Positions 22,373-33,877 of a DNA stretch of 64,000 bases are shown here, piece by piece. Below the pieces are notes generated by a model. It was not told where the DNA came from and searched no databases. It saw only the letters and a list, made by a program, of their open reading frames with translations. The position numbers and the translations under genes were made by a program. Position 1 is the stretch's first letter; each line of letters begins with the position of its first letter. This DNA comes from Alphaproteobacteria bacterium (lineage in GTDB: Bacteria; Pseudomonadota; Alphaproteobacteria; UBA828). Location of the stretch: positions 1 through 64,000 of the forward strand of contig CAXXVO010000020.1 of NCBI GenBank assembly GCA_963422645.2, in the 5' to 3' direction.

Positions 22373-22671
22373 GTCTACGTGGTACGGAGCGGTCCCGGAT
22401 CGTATGGGGCCGTTTCCGGCCGTTCGATTTTGGCGCACATTTTGCGGCTGCTCCGAGTGGCCGACTAGCCCACTCCCCACATCTTGCTGGCCGGCGGTCG
22501 CGCACGTCACCCCAAACGCCCAAGCCAACATTTGGCCACCGCTTCGGCGCAAGTGGATGATTGGATGTGGAAAATTTCAATTGTCCACTCTGCCACGCGA
22601 GGTGGCAAGAGTGCCATGACCGCGCGCTGGGTGCGCCGGGTACCACCTGCGGGCACCACATTGGATATTTC

Positions 22672-23109
22672 GTAACTGCCCAGGTACCCCCTCTCTCTTA
22701 TGGAACAAGCCAGTTCCTTTTGCGTCAACGCCCCCACGCCGCGGGGGTGCCTACTCTCTTGAGCGCGAGAGGATGATGAACGCCGCGTCGCGAACAAGAT
22801 GAGAGGACAGCGATACTCAGGATGAGCCGGAGAAGTTCAGGAGCGCAGTATAGGGATCAGCTGCATCGGTTCCGGGTGCGCCAGGATTTGCAGGATGTTC
22901 CAGCCTTGCTTTCGAGCGGTGACGATGACGCTGCGCATTCCGGCGAAGTTGCAGGCGCCTTGCAGGGAGCGGAAGCCGCCTGAGATCTTCTCATGCACTT
23001 TGTTCATACGGATGTCACGCTCCGCCTCGTTATTCGTGAACGGCGTGCGCAGGTCGGTGAGGAAGCGCAGGCAGCCCTCCTTATGCTTTTGAAGGCGGCG
23101 CGCGAGGTT
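22672..23109 (-). mobile_element. 3' fragment of IS66 type B
   Basis: Matches about 56714-57151 including IR GTAACTGCCCAGGT; cut by CAG element copy 2. Confidence 0.9.
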
Positions 23110-25622
23110 CAGACTTCCTGACCTCGTGATGCTGGCTGTTCTGGGCAGCGTGCCGGGAACTCCTTGAATTCTGATACATTTCGGTTGTTTCAGGCGGTTT
23201 TTCGCTGGGTGTCGCGCCCGAGGTCTGATATTATAATTTGATACCAATTGCACGGTCTCAACCATGCCCAGTACCCTCCCAATGTGCCCTCCAGAGGCGG
23301 TCTCGATCGGCAACAGCTGCTTCGCCGTCCTGATCTCGGACGACACCTTCACCTACTTTTCCAACCTCATTCCCTTTGACAGCCACGCCGCCGATGACCG
23401 CACGGCCATGCTCTTGCGGATCGGCCGCCTCGCGGCGATCAGCGCGGTCTCGCCGCAGGAACTGGCTGACGCTTTCGCTGTCTCGCGCGCGACGGTGCAG
23501 CGCGCACGACGGCGCTACCTGGCCGAGGGCGAAGCGGGGTTCATGAAGCCCCGGCGCGGTCGCGGGCCGTCGGTGTTCACTCCGGAGTTGGCGGAGAAGG
23601 CGACGGCGTTGCTGGCATCGGGCCTGAGCGGCTCTGCGGCGGCCCGGGTTCTCGGCGTGTCAGCGCCATCGGTCAACAAGTGGCGCCGTCAGGGACTGAT
23701 CGGCAACACGGAGGCGGATGGGGAGCCCGGACGCTCAGCGCTGGCTGCGCCGCCTGACGCGGGTGCGGCTCCTGAAGGCCGTGTCGATGAAGAGAGTACC
23801 GGTGCCCCGGGGCCGGAGACGGCGCCGGGGCTGGAAGCGCAGCCGCAAACGGATCGCAGCGCGCGCGATCGGCGGGACCGGCAGGCGCCGATGGGGCGTG
23901 CGACTTGCGATGTTCCGGCTCGGGTTCTGGCCAGTTGTGGACAGGCGGGGCCGGTCGAACCGCAGTTCGCCGCCGCCGCCCGCGGTGTCCGCTTCGGCGG
24001 CGTGCTCGCCGCCCTGCCGGCCCTGCTGAAGGAAGGTCTTCTCTCCGAGACCGGTCTCCTGCCATTGCTGCCGAAGGGCTATTACGGCTTGCCTACGATC
24101 CTGCTCTTCCTGGCCTTCATGACCTTGGCGCGGGTGCGCAACCCCGAGAGCCTGCGCTACCAGGCGCCGGGCGAATGGGGCGCCATTCTCGGCCTCGATC
24201 GCTGCCCCGAGGTCAAGACGCTGCGCCGCAAGATCGCTCTCATCGCCGACGACGAGGCCGGCGTGCGGGCGTGGCAGCTCGCCCTTGCCAGGCGCTGGCA
24301 GGCGCCGACGAGCCGGAGCTCTGGGCGACGCTGGCCATCGACGGGCACGTCAAGGTCTACTCCGGCCGCAAGGGGCGCTTGCCCAAGCACTTCGTCTCGC
24401 GCGAGAAGCTGTGCCTGCCGGCACGCGCCAGCTACTGGATCAACGCTCTGGGCGGCAAGCCGCTGCTCTGTCTGCACAAGCCGCTGGACCCGAAGATGGT
24501 CGCGGCCATCGAAGCCGACGTGGTGCCGGCGCTGCAGGAGCTTGGGATCGTTGGCGCCGGGGCGCCGGACCTGACCGCCGAGCATCCCGGCCAGCCGGCG
24601 CTCACCCTGGTCTTCGACCGCGAGGGCTGGAGCCCGGATCTGTTCCGCCGGCTGGCGAGGCGCGGCGTCGCCTGCCTGACCTGGCACAAGAACTTCAGGG
24701 GCGAGGACTGGCCGGCCGAGGACTTCGGCGCGATGACCGTTCCCATTCACGGACCGGCGGCGGACGGCAGCGCCACCATGCGGCTGGCTGAGAAGCCGGT
24801 GACGTTGCCGAACGGCTTCAGGGTGCGCCAGATCCGCCGCCTGCTCGACAACGGCCGTCAGGTGCCGCTGATCACCACCGATCCGCACAAGCCGATGGCT
24901 GAGGTTGCGGGCGCCATGTTCTCGCGCTGGTCGCAGGAGAACTTCTTCAAGTACATGCGTGACGAGTTCAATCTCGACGCCCTGCCGACCCACGAGCTCG
25001 AGCCTCTCGATCCCGCCGCCATGGTCGTCAACCCGCTGCGGCGGGCCTATGACAAGGCAATCCATCGCCTCGACCGCCAGCTTGGCCGCCTGCGCAACCG
25101 CATCGCCGACACGGCCCGGAAGAAGCAGCCGACGGCGGAACTCAGGAGGGAAGTCAGGGACCTCCAGGATGTCCGCGACATCGTCAGGGCCAGCCGCAGG
25201 GAGACGCCCAAGCACTGCCGGGCCGGCGACCTCGACGAAGCCGAGCAGCTCGATGCCTTGCCCGCGCGCGAGCGCCTCCTCCTCGACGTCATCCGGATGA
25301 TCGCCTACCGCGCCGAAACCCGCATGATGATTCCCGTCATGCAGGCGCAGGGCCACAAGCCCCATCCCCGGAAACTGCTTCAAGCGCTGCTCACCGCCGA
25401 TGCCGACATCCTGCCGGATCCTGGCAATGGCCTCCTGCGGGTCCACATTCTTGGCCTCGCAAACGACGCCTGCGACCGTTGGATCGATGCGGTTCTGAGC
25501 GACCTGAACGCCACCGAAACGGTCTTCCCCGGCACCCGTCTGCGCATAGTCTACGACATCGACGGGGCCTCGGAATCCGCGCGGCTCGTGTCACCTAAAA
25601 TCAGCAGAGGTCAGGAAGTCTG
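23110..25622 (+). mobile_element. CAG element, copy 2
   Basis: Same IRs; flanks AGGTT / AAACT. Confidence 0.9.
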
Positions 25623-25623
25623 A
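23264..25623 (+). pseudogene. CAG-element transposase with one frameshift
   Basis: ORFs 23264-24574 and 23905-25623 join at about 24302 (extra GC). Confidence 0.75.
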
Positions 25624-25672
25624 AACTAGGGCAATAGTGCTTGCAAATAATCGGCTAAGTCGTTGAAAGGAA

Positions 25673-25748
<76 letters not shown>

Positions 25749-25843
25749 CCAAATTCCCTGGCGCGCCGCGCGGCGGGTGATTCCTGGGCATTCCGCCGCC
25801 CACGACGCATGTGGCGCAACAATTAGCGACGACCTGCCGTGGG

Positions 25844-26161
25844 TCAAGGCTCGGGTTGTGCCGGCGCCGCCTTGTCGATGCCGACCACCAGGGCGGCATC
25901 GTCGTCGGAATCGATATCGGCGATCACCTCATCGCTGGCGTCGTCGGTCTCGTCCACCGCTGCTTTGATGCCGGTGCCCACGCTGGCTGGCGGCGGCGAC
26001 GGTTCCGGCTGCGCCGGCGGCCGACGGCGATTCGGCCGAGGCGTCTCGACTTCGATCTCGGTGCCGCACTTGGGGCATGCGATTGGTTTGCGATGCAAGT
26101 CGTAGAACTTCACGCCGCAACCCATGCAGGTACGCTTGGCGCCCCATTCCCGCTTTGCCAC
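25844..26161 (-). CDS. FYDLN-acid (TIGR02300-like) Zn-ribbon protein
   Basis: WGAKRTCMGCGVKFYDL..CPKCG with acidic tail; usual position divergent from aroA. Confidence 0.88.
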   Translation of the reverse strand: MAKREWGAKRTCMGCGVKFYDLHRKPIACPKCGTEIEVETPRPNRRRPPAQPEPSPPPASVGTGIKAAVDETDDASDEVIADIDSDDDAALVVGIDKAAPAQPEP

Positions 26162-26349
26162 GCCCGTGCCTCCCTTTCTTGATTTAATTGTGGCCGTCGC
26201 CAATGCCAGTTTGGCGCGCCCCTGTCAAAATCAATTTTTGTTATGGATTCGGCGCCGCTTGACGCCGCCCGGCGCTGTGCTAGAGACGGGGCTTGTCCCA
26301 GCCCATGTCCAGGCTTCGCGCGCGCCGCGAGCACTGCGCCGGAGAGCAC

Positions 26350-27678
26350 GTGCCGAACCCCCTGATCTCGTCGGCTGCCGGCCCTCTGAAGGGAACTTGC
26401 GCCCTGCCCGGCGACAAGTCCATTTCCCACCGTGCGCTCATGCTCGGCGCGCTCGCGGTCGGCGAGACGCGGGTAAGCGGTCTTCTTGAGGGGGAGGACG
26501 TCGCGGCGACCGCGGCAGCGCTCCGTGCCCTCGGGGCAACCATCGAGCGGGCCGATGACGGAAGCTGGCAGGTGTCGGGCGTCGGTGTCGGCGGGCTGGC
26601 CGAGCCAAGCGAAGTGCTCGACCTCGGCAACTCCGGAACTGCGGTGCGCCTGCTTGCAGGGATCTGCGCAAGCCACGGGTTCACCACCTTCATGACCGGC
26701 GACGCCTCGCTCCGGCGGCGACCGATGAGCCGGATCATCGAACCGCTTGAGCGAGTGGGCGCCCGCTTCGAGGCTCGCAGCGGCGGGCGCCTGCCGCTCG
26801 CGGTGATCGGCGCCGACCAGCCGCTGCCGATCGAGTATCGGCTGCCGGTGCCGTCGGCGCAGGTGAAGTCGGCGGTGCTGCTCGCCGGCCTCAACGCACC
26901 GGGGGAGACCCGTGTGATCGAGCCCGCGCCGAGCCGCGATCACAGCGAGCGCATGCTGCGCCGCTTCGGCGCACGCGTCGGCGTCGAAACCGATCGCGAC
27001 GGCGGCAGCGTCATTTACGTCTCCGGCTACCCGGAGCTCGAGCCCTGCACGCTGACGGTGCCGGGGGACCCGAGCGCTGCGGCCTTCCCCCTCGCTGCCG
27101 CACTGATCGTGCCGGGCTCCGACCTCGCGATCCGCAACGTGGGCGTCAATCCCGGCAGGATCGGCCTGCTGGAGACCCTGCGGGACATGGGTGCGGCGAT
27201 CGAGATGGGCTCCGCGCGCGAGGAGGGCGGCGAGCCGGTGGCCGATATCGCCGTGCGCGCCGGCCCCTTGCGGGCGGTCGAGGTGCCGGCAGAGCGGGCG
27301 CCGCGCATGATTGACGAGTATCCCATCCTGAGCGTCATCGCCGCCTGCGCAGACGGCACCACGCGCCTGAAGGGCCTCACCGAGCTTCGCGTCAAGGAGA
27401 GCGACAGGCTGGGCGCGACTGCTGCGGGCCTGCGCGCGGCGGGAGTGAGCGTGACGGAGCGGGACGACGGGCTCGACATCGAGGGTTGTGGCGGCCCGCC
27501 GCCCGGCGGCGGCCTGGTCGCGACCCATCTCGATCATCGCATCGCCATGGCCTTCCTCATTCTCGGGATGGCAAGCGAAAAACCCATGACGGTCGACGAC
27601 GGGTCGATGATCGGCACGAGCTATCCGGGCTTCGTCGCCGACATGAACCGTCTGGGAGCCTCGATTGCCGCAGAGTGA
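26350..27678 (+). CDS. aroA: 3-phosphoshikimate 1-carboxyvinyltransferase
   Basis: PGDKSISHR, GNSGT, SAQVKS, RVKESDR, DHRIAM. Confidence 0.97.
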   Translation: MPNPLISSAAGPLKGTCALPGDKSISHRALMLGALAVGETRVSGLLEGEDVAATAAALRALGATIERADDGSWQVSGVGVGGLAEPSEVLDLGNSGTAVRLLAGICASHGFTTFMTGDASLRRRPMSRIIEPLERVGARFEARSGGRLPLAVIGADQPLPIEYRLPVPSAQVKSAVLLAGLNAPGETRVIEPAPSRDHSERMLRRFGARVGVETDRDGGSVIYVSGYPELEPCTLTVPGDPSAAAFPLAAALIVPGSDLAIRNVGVNPGRIGLLETLRDMGAAIEMGSAREEGGEPVADIAVRAGPLRAVEVPAERAPRMIDEYPILSVIAACADGTTRLKGLTELRVKESDRLGATAAGLRAAGVSVTERDDGLDIEGCGGPPPGGGLVATHLDHRIAMAFLILGMASEKPMTVDDGSMIGTSYPGFVADMNRLGASIAAE

Positions 27679-28318
27679 GCCGGCGCCGCTGATCATCGCG
27701 GTCGACGGGCCGGCGGCGGCGGGGAAGGGAACCCTCGGCCGCCGCCTCGCGGCGCACTACGGGCTGCGCCACCTCGATACCGGCGTGCTTTATCGCGCGA
27801 CGGCACTCCGCCTGTTGCGGTCCGGCGGGGATCCGGCGCGGGAAGGGGAGGCGGCGGACGCGGCGCGCACCGTCACCGAAGCCGACCTCGACGATCCGGC
27901 GTTGCGTGGCGAGGAAGTGGGGCAGACGGCTTCGGTGGTGGCGGCCCACGGAGCCGTGCGCGGGGCTCTGCTCGACTATCAGCGGAGCTTCGCCGCCGGG
28001 CCGCCGGGCGCCGTGCTGGACGGGCGGGATATCGGCACCGTGGTCTGCCCGGACGCGCGGGTGAAGATTTATCTGGAGGCGAGCGCCGAAGTGCGGGCCA
28101 GACGCCGCCTTTGTGAGTTGCGGTCAAGGGGCGTCGAAGGTATAGAATCTCGTGTTTTGGATGAAATTATCGCTCGCGACGTCCGCGACAGCCGGCGTAG
28201 CGCCGCACCCTTGAAGCCGGCGGCAGACGCAAGTCGGATCGATACCACCGCTCTCGGACCCGATGAGGTGTTCGGGCAAGCGGTGGCGATCGTCGACTCG
28301 CGTCTTCGTTCCTCGTAG
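27665..28318 (+). CDS. cmk: Cytidylate kinase
   Basis: IAVDGPAAAGKGT, LDGRDIGTVV. Confidence 0.96.
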   Translation: MPQSEPAPLIIAVDGPAAAGKGTLGRRLAAHYGLRHLDTGVLYRATALRLLRSGGDPAREGEAADAARTVTEADLDDPALRGEEVGQTASVVAAHGAVRGALLDYQRSFAAGPPGAVLDGRDIGTVVCPDARVKIYLEASAEVRARRRLCELRSRGVEGIESRVLDEIIARDVRDSRRSAAPLKPAADASRIDTTALGPDEVFGQAVAIVDSRLRSS

Positions 28319-28427
28319 CGACGGGTATCGGAACCCCCGCCGAGGCGCCGCGCCCACCCAATCAATGCCGCGGCCTATGCCGGGCAAGCCTTGCGCGAGA
28401 GCGCTTACCGATGATGCTGGAGATCAG

Positions 28428-30182
28428 ATGACGGCAGAGACAGCAGAAGCAACAGAGCAGGCCACTGCGGCGAAAGAGTCGTTCGCGGACATGCTCGACA
28501 CCTTCCTCGACGACACGCCCCGCTTCGAGGGCGGCGTCGTCAAGGGCACCATTCTCGCAATCGAGAACGACGCCGCCCTGATCGATGTCGGGCTCAAGGT
28601 GGAAGGTCGCGTTCCGCTCAAGGAATTCGCCGCGCCCGGGCAGGCGGCCGAGGTGAAGGTGGGCGACGAGGTCGAGGTCTATATCGAGCGCTTCGAGACC
28701 GCGCGCGGCGAGGCCTCGCTCAGCCGCGAGCGGGCGCGCCGCGAGGAGGCCTGGGAGAAGCTGGAGCAGGCCTACAAGGATGGCGAGCGGGTCACAGGCG
28801 TCATCTTCGGCCGGGTCAAGGGCGGCTTCACGGTCGATCTCGACGGAGCCGTGGCGTTTCTGCCGGGAAGCCAGGCGGATATCCGGCCGGTGCGCGACAT
28901 CGCGCCCCTGGTGGGCACCGACCAGCCCTTCCAGATCCTCAAGATGGACCGCCGCCGGGGGAACATCGTCGTCTCCCGCCGCGCGGTGCTGGAGGACACC
29001 CGGGCCGAGCAGCGCAACGAGCTGATCGCCAACCTCCACGAGGGGCAAATTCTCGAAGGCGTGGTCAAGAACATCACCGACTACGGCGCATTCGTCGATC
29101 TCGGTGGCGTGGACGGCCTGCTGCACGTGACCGACATCTCGTGGCGCCGGGTCAACCATCCGTCGGACGCCCTGCAGATCGGCCAGACCGTCAACGTCCA
29201 GGTGATTCGCTTCAATCCCGAGACCCAGAGAATCTCTCTCGGCATGAAGCAGCTCGAAGCCGACCCTTGGGAAGGGGTCGAAGCGAAGTATCCGGTCAGG
29301 ACGAAGTTCACCGGCCGGGTGACGAACATCACCGATTACGGCGCGTTCGTGGAGCTGGAGCCGGGTGTCGAGGGCCTGGTCCATGTCTCCGAAATGAGCT
29401 GGACCAAGAAGAACGTGCATCCGGGCAAGATCATTTCGACCAGCCAGGAGGTCGAGGTGATGGTGCTCGATGTCGATCCCGAGAAGCGCCGCGTGAGCCT
29501 CGGCCTCAAGCAGTGCCTGGACAATCCCTGGATCGTCTTCGCCGAGTCCCAGCCGGAGGGCTCGGTCGTCGAGGGCGAGATCAAGAACATCACCGAGTTC
29601 GGTCTCTTCGTCGAGTTGACGGGCGAGATCTACGGCATGGCGCATCTCTCCGATCTGGACTGGCTGACGCCTGGCGAAGAGGCGCTCAAGCGCTTCAAGA
29701 AGGGCGACGAGATGAAGGCCAAGGTGCTGACCGTCGACGTCGAGAAGGAGCGGATCGGGCTCGGGCTCAAGCAGCTCGACGACGATCCCTACCAGGGCGC
29801 GGACGCCCGGCGCGGCAAGACGGTGACCTGCACGGTCACCGCGGTGCACGAGCACAGCGTCGAGGTCGAAATCTTCGGATCGCTGCGGGGCGAAATCAAG
29901 CGCTCCGATCTCGCCCGCGATCGCGACGAGCAGCGACCCTCGCGCTTTGCGCCTGGCGACAAGGTGGACGCCAAGCTGCTGCAGATCGACCGCAACAGCC
30001 GGCGGATCACGCTCTCCATCAAGGCTCTCGAAGTGCAGGAAGAGAAGAAGGCGGTGCAGGATTACGGCTCCACCGACAGCGGCGCCAGCCTCGGCGACAT
30101 CCTGGGTGCCGCGCTCGATCGCAAAACTCAGGAAGAGGCCGCGCGTGCCTCGGAAGCCGAGGAATCGGCCGACGAGAGTTGA
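28428..30182 (+). CDS. rpsA: 30S ribosomal protein S1
   Basis: Repeated S1 domains (NITDYGAFV). Confidence 0.98.
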   Translation: MTAETAEATEQATAAKESFADMLDTFLDDTPRFEGGVVKGTILAIENDAALIDVGLKVEGRVPLKEFAAPGQAAEVKVGDEVEVYIERFETARGEASLSRERARREEAWEKLEQAYKDGERVTGVIFGRVKGGFTVDLDGAVAFLPGSQADIRPVRDIAPLVGTDQPFQILKMDRRRGNIVVSRRAVLEDTRAEQRNELIANLHEGQILEGVVKNITDYGAFVDLGGVDGLLHVTDISWRRVNHPSDALQIGQTVNVQVIRFNPETQRISLGMKQLEADPWEGVEAKYPVRTKFTGRVTNITDYGAFVELEPGVEGLVHVSEMSWTKKNVHPGKIISTSQEVEVMVLDVDPEKRRVSLGLKQCLDNPWIVFAESQPEGSVVEGEIKNITEFGLFVELTGEIYGMAHLSDLDWLTPGEEALKRFKKGDEMKAKVLTVDVEKERIGLGLKQLDDDPYQGADARRGKTVTCTVTAVHEHSVEVEIFGSLRGEIKRSDLARDRDEQRPSRFAPGDKVDAKLLQIDRNSRRITLSIKALEVQEEKKAVQDYGSTDSGASLGDILGAALDRKTQEEAARASEAEESADES

Positions 30183-30226
30183 GGCGCGCGCCGTGACCTC
30201 CTTCTAGTCTATCGTCCGGGAGGGAG

Positions 30227-31138
30227 ATGGCGAGCCTGGATCCCGACAGGTTGCTGGACCGCCGCCGTCTCAAGCGGGGCGTCGCAATCTGGCGCGCCCT
30301 TGCCATCGTTGCGCTGGTTGCCGCGATTCTGGTCGGGGCGGCGCCCTTCGTCTTCGACGATGGCGAGCGCGTCGCCCGACTCTGGGTCAACGGGCTGATC
30401 GAGGATAGCCCCAGGCGCGACCGCCTCATCGCCGATCTTCGAGACGACGATGAGGTGAAGGCGGTAGTGCTGCGGCTCGACTCCGCCGGCGGCACGGCGG
30501 TCGGCGGCGAAGCGCTCTATCTCAGCCTGCGTTCCCTCGCCGAGGAGAAGCCGGTGGTCGCCGTTCTCGGCACCACGGCGACCTCTGCGGCATACATGGC
30601 GGCGCTCGCCGCAGATCACGTGCTGGCCCGCGAGGCGTCGATCACGGGCTCGATCGGAGTCCTGTTCCAGACCGCCGAGTTCTCCGCGCTCCTGGAGGAG
30701 ATCGGGGTGCGTGCGGAGGCGATTCGCAGCGGGCCGCTGAAGGCGAAGCCCTCGGTCTACGAGCAGCTGGACGACCCGACTCGCCAAACCATGCGGAGCG
30801 TGGTGAGCGACACCTACGAGTTGTTCCTCCGCCTTTTGATGGAGCGCCGCTCGCTCGACCGCGAAAGGGCGCTGCCGCTCGCGGACGGACGCGTCTTCAC
30901 CGGCCGGCAGGCGGTGCAGGCGGGTCTGGTCGATGCCATTGGCGGCGAAGAGGAAGCGCGTGCGTGGCTCGCGCAGGCTCACGGCGTGCCGGAGACCATT
31001 CCGGCTGCGGATGTGGTGACCGGTGAGGAAGGCGGCCTGCTGGGCACCATCGATGCGGCGCTCAAGCGGACCCTGCCGGTGCGAACGCTCGCCCTTGACG
31101 GCCTGATCGCCGTTTGGCACCCTGAGTTATCGGACTGA
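30227..31138 (+). CDS. sppA: Signal peptide peptidase (S49)
   Basis: LDSAGG, SAAYM, TGSIGV, DGRVFTGRQA. Confidence 0.93.
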   Translation: MASLDPDRLLDRRRLKRGVAIWRALAIVALVAAILVGAAPFVFDDGERVARLWVNGLIEDSPRRDRLIADLRDDDEVKAVVLRLDSAGGTAVGGEALYLSLRSLAEEKPVVAVLGTTATSAAYMAALAADHVLAREASITGSIGVLFQTAEFSALLEEIGVRAEAIRSGPLKAKPSVYEQLDDPTRQTMRSVVSDTYELFLRLLMERRSLDRERALPLADGRVFTGRQAVQAGLVDAIGGEEEARAWLAQAHGVPETIPAADVVTGEEGGLLGTIDAALKRTLPVRTLALDGLIAVWHPELSD

Positions 31139-31204
31139 AATGGCGGCGTTCTCGGCCCTTCAGCACACGGGTCGAGAGCACGCGTGCGGTGGGGTAATAC
31201 GAGA

Positions 31205-31492
31205 ATGACCAAGTCCGAACTCATCCAGCTGCTGGCGGAGAAGCACGCCGACCAGCACCTCTATCACCGCGATTACCAACGCGTGGTGAACCGGATTTTC
31301 ACGGAGATCAGCGATGCGCTGGCCCAGGGCGACCGGGTGGAGCTTCGCGGTTTCGGTGCGTTTTCGGTCCGCCGGCGGGGCGCGCGGGTCGGCCGCAATC
31401 CGCGTACCGGTGCGGCGGTGCGCGTGGACAAGAAATTCCTGCCCTTCTTCAAGACCGGCAAGGAGCTGCGCGAGCGGATCAACGGCGAGTGA
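31205..31492 (+). CDS. ihfB: Integration host factor beta
   Basis: [33 protein letters not shown]. Confidence 0.95.
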   Translation: MTKSELIQLLAEKHADQHLYHRDYQRVVNRIFTEISDALAQGDRVELRGFGAFSVRRRGARVGRNPRTGAAVRVDKKFLPFFKTGKELRERINGE

Positions 31493-31587
31493 GCATCGCG
31501 GCCTGAACCGCGCGCGGCGGTCAGGGAGCACGACCGCCGAAAGTCGCGCCCGAGGGCCCGCGCGACGCGGCGCAGAAGAGCAAGCTC

Positions 31588-31944
31588 ATGAGGATACTCG
31601 CCTGGGCGATCGCAGGGGCGGTGGCGGTGATCGTCATCGCCTTCGCCGTGGCGAACCGCGGCCCCGTGACGATCAGCGTGGCGCCGCTTCCCTACAAGCT
31701 CGATATTCCGATGTGGGCGCTGGCAGTGGGGGCGCTGGTGGTGGGGTTCCTGACCGGTGCCCTGGTCCGCTGGCTGCTCGACCATAAGGTGCGCCGCATG
31801 GCGCGCCGGGGCCGCAGGCGTGCACGCGTCCTGGAACAAGAGCTCGCCGGCGCGCGCAAGAAGCTGGACGAGGCGGTGCGCGCCCAACGGGCGGCGGTTC
31901 CGACGGCCGCGCGCGTCTCTCTCACGCCCAAGGATCTCGCCTAA
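31588..31944 (+). CDS. lapA: LapA-family membrane protein
   Basis: FAVANR motif, two TM helices, coiled-coil tail; follows ihfB. Confidence 0.8.
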   Translation: MRILAWAIAGAVAVIVIAFAVANRGPVTISVAPLPYKLDIPMWALAVGALVVGFLTGALVRWLLDHKVRRMARRGRRRARVLEQELAGARKKLDEAVRAQRAAVPTAARVSLTPKDLA

Positions 31945-31994
31945 GCCTGATGTCTCGCCAGCGACATGGTGAGAAATGCGGGGTAGGGTAGGCC

Positions 31995-32669
31995 ATGTCT
32001 GTTGAGGTCAAAACCTGCGGACTGAGCGACCGCCCCGCCGTCGATGCGGCGCTGGCCGGCGGCGCGCGCTTCCTGGGCTTCGTGTTCTTTCCGCCCTCGC
32101 CGCGCGACGTGGCGCCCGGCTGTGCCGCGGCCTCGAGTGCGGGCTTGCCGGAGGGCGTCGCCACCGTCGGCGTCGTCGTCGAGCCCGACGACGAGTTTCT
32201 CGACGCTATACTTTCTGAGATGCGACTCGACTATATCCAGCTCCACGGAAACGAGAGCCCGGCGCGGGCGGAGGCCGTTCGCGCGCGCACCGGGTGCAGA
32301 ATCATCAAGGCGATCAGCGTGTCCCAAGCATCCGACATTGCCCGTGCCGACGACTATGGCGAGAGCGCTGACCTGATCCTGTTCGACGCCAAGGCGACGG
32401 CCGACGACACCCGCCCCGGCGGCAACGCGCGGAGCTTCGACTGGCAATTGTTCGAGACCGCGCCGCCGCCATCGACCGGGTGGCTGCTCTCCGGCGGTCT
32501 GGATGCCGACAATGTCGGCGAGGCGATCAGGATCACGGGCGCCCGGGTGGTCGACGTGTCGTCCGGCATCGAGTCCGCGCCGGGGCGCAAGGACCCTGAG
32601 AAGATCAGCGCTTTCCTCGCCGCCGCGGCGGCGGCTGCGGCGCCGATACCGAATGAGGCACAGGCATGA
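31995..32669 (+). CDS. trpF: Phosphoribosylanthranilate isomerase
   Basis: [26 protein letters not shown]. Confidence 0.96.
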   Translation: MSVEVKTCGLSDRPAVDAALAGGARFLGFVFFPPSPRDVAPGCAAASSAGLPEGVATVGVVVEPDDEFLDAILSEMRLDYIQLHGNESPARAEAVRARTGCRIIKAISVSQASDIARADDYGESADLILFDAKATADDTRPGGNARSFDWQLFETAPPPSTGWLLSGGLDADNVGEAIRITGARVVDVSSGIESAPGRKDPEKISAFLAAAAAAAAPIPNEAQA

Positions 32670-33877
32670 GCGCACGCGGCGCCAATCGGCCCGGCCCCGA
32701 CGCGGAGGGGCACTTCGGCATTTACGGCGGACGCTACGTCGCCGAGACGCTGATGCCGCTGATCCTCGATCTGGAGAAGGCCTACGAGGCGGCGAAGGAC
32801 GATCCCGAGTACACCGCGGAGTTCGAGCGCCTGCTCAGCCACTACGTCGGCCGGCCCAGCCCGCTCTATCACGCCGAGCGCCTCAGCGAACACCTTGGCG
32901 GCGCGCGCATCTACTTCAAGCGGGACGAGCTCAACCACACCGGCGCGCACAAGATCAACAACTGCGTCGGCCAGATTCTGCTGGCGCGCCGCATGGGCAA
33001 GACCCGCATCATCGCCGAGACCGGGGCCGGCCAACACGGTGTCGCGACGGCGACGGTCTGCGCGCTCTTCGGCCTGCCCTGCACCGTCTACATGGGCGAG
33101 ACCGATATCGAACGGCAGCAGCCCAACGTCTTTCGCATGAAGCTGCTGGGCGCCGAAGTGGTGCCCGTGGACTCAGGCTCGCGCACGCTGAAGGACGCCA
33201 TGAACGAGGCGCTGCGCGATTGGGTGACCAACGTCGAGACGACCTTCTACCTGATCGGCACCGTCGCGGGCCCGCATCCCTATCCCGCCATGGTGCGCGA
33301 CTTCCAGTCGGTGATCGGACAGGAGACCCGCGAGCAGATCATGGCGGCGGAGGGCCGGCTGCCGGACACGCTGGTCGCCTGCGTCGGCGGCGGCTCCAAC
33401 GCCATCGGCCTGTTCCACCCCTTCCTCGACGAAGAGGGCGTGCGCATGGTCGGCGTCGAGGCCGCCGGCCACGGGATCGAGAGCGGCAAGCACGCCGCGT
33501 CTCTGTCCGCCGGCTCTCCGGGCGTGCTGCACGGCAACCGGACCTATCTGCTGCAGGACGAGCACGGCCAGATCATCGAGGCGCATTCGATCTCCGCCGG
33601 GCTCGACTATCCGGGCATCGGGCCGGAGCACGCGTGGTTGCGCGACTCGGGCCGCGTCAACTATGTGGCGATCACCGATGAGCAGGCGCTCGATGCTTTT
33701 CACCTGTGCGCGCGGCTTGAGGGGATCATTCCCGCGCTGGAGCCCGCCCACGCGCTGGCCCATGTGGCGGAGCTGGCGCCGGGCCTGCCGAATGACCACA
33801 TCCTCGTCATGAACATGTGCGGCCGGGGCGACAAGGATATCTTCACCGTCGCCGATACGATGGGTGCAGCGCTGTGA
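32666..33877 (+). CDS. trpB: Tryptophan synthase beta chain
   Basis: [25 protein letters not shown]. Confidence 0.98.
   Translation: MSARGANRPGPDAEGHFGIYGGRYVAETLMPLILDLEKAYEAAKDDPEYTAEFERLLSHYVGRPSPLYHAERLSEHLGGARIYFKRDELNHTGAHKINNCVGQILLARRMGKTRIIAETGAGQHGVATATVCALFGLPCTVYMGETDIERQQPNVFRMKLLGAEVVPVDSGSRTLKDAMNEALRDWVTNVETTFYLIGTVAGPHPYPAMVRDFQSVIGQETREQIMAAEGRLPDTLVACVGGGSNAIGLFHPFLDEEGVRMVGVEAAGHGIESGKHAASLSAGSPGVLHGNRTYLLQDEHGQIIEAHSISAGLDYPGIGPEHAWLRDSGRVNYVAITDEQALDAFHLCARLEGIIPALEPAHALAHVAELAPGLPNDHILVMNMCGRGDKDIFTVADTMGAAL

Noticed and set aside
22372-22671. Cargo segment with a hairpin as an ncRNA or IS end
   Set aside because: One hairpin only, no recognisable motif or credible ORF
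16379-23109. AACCT (16379) and AGGTT (23105) as a TSD pair marking an inversion
   Set aside because: Sequences beyond belong to unrelated genes (ABC binding protein versus IS66 tnpC); ANNNT bias makes chance matches likely
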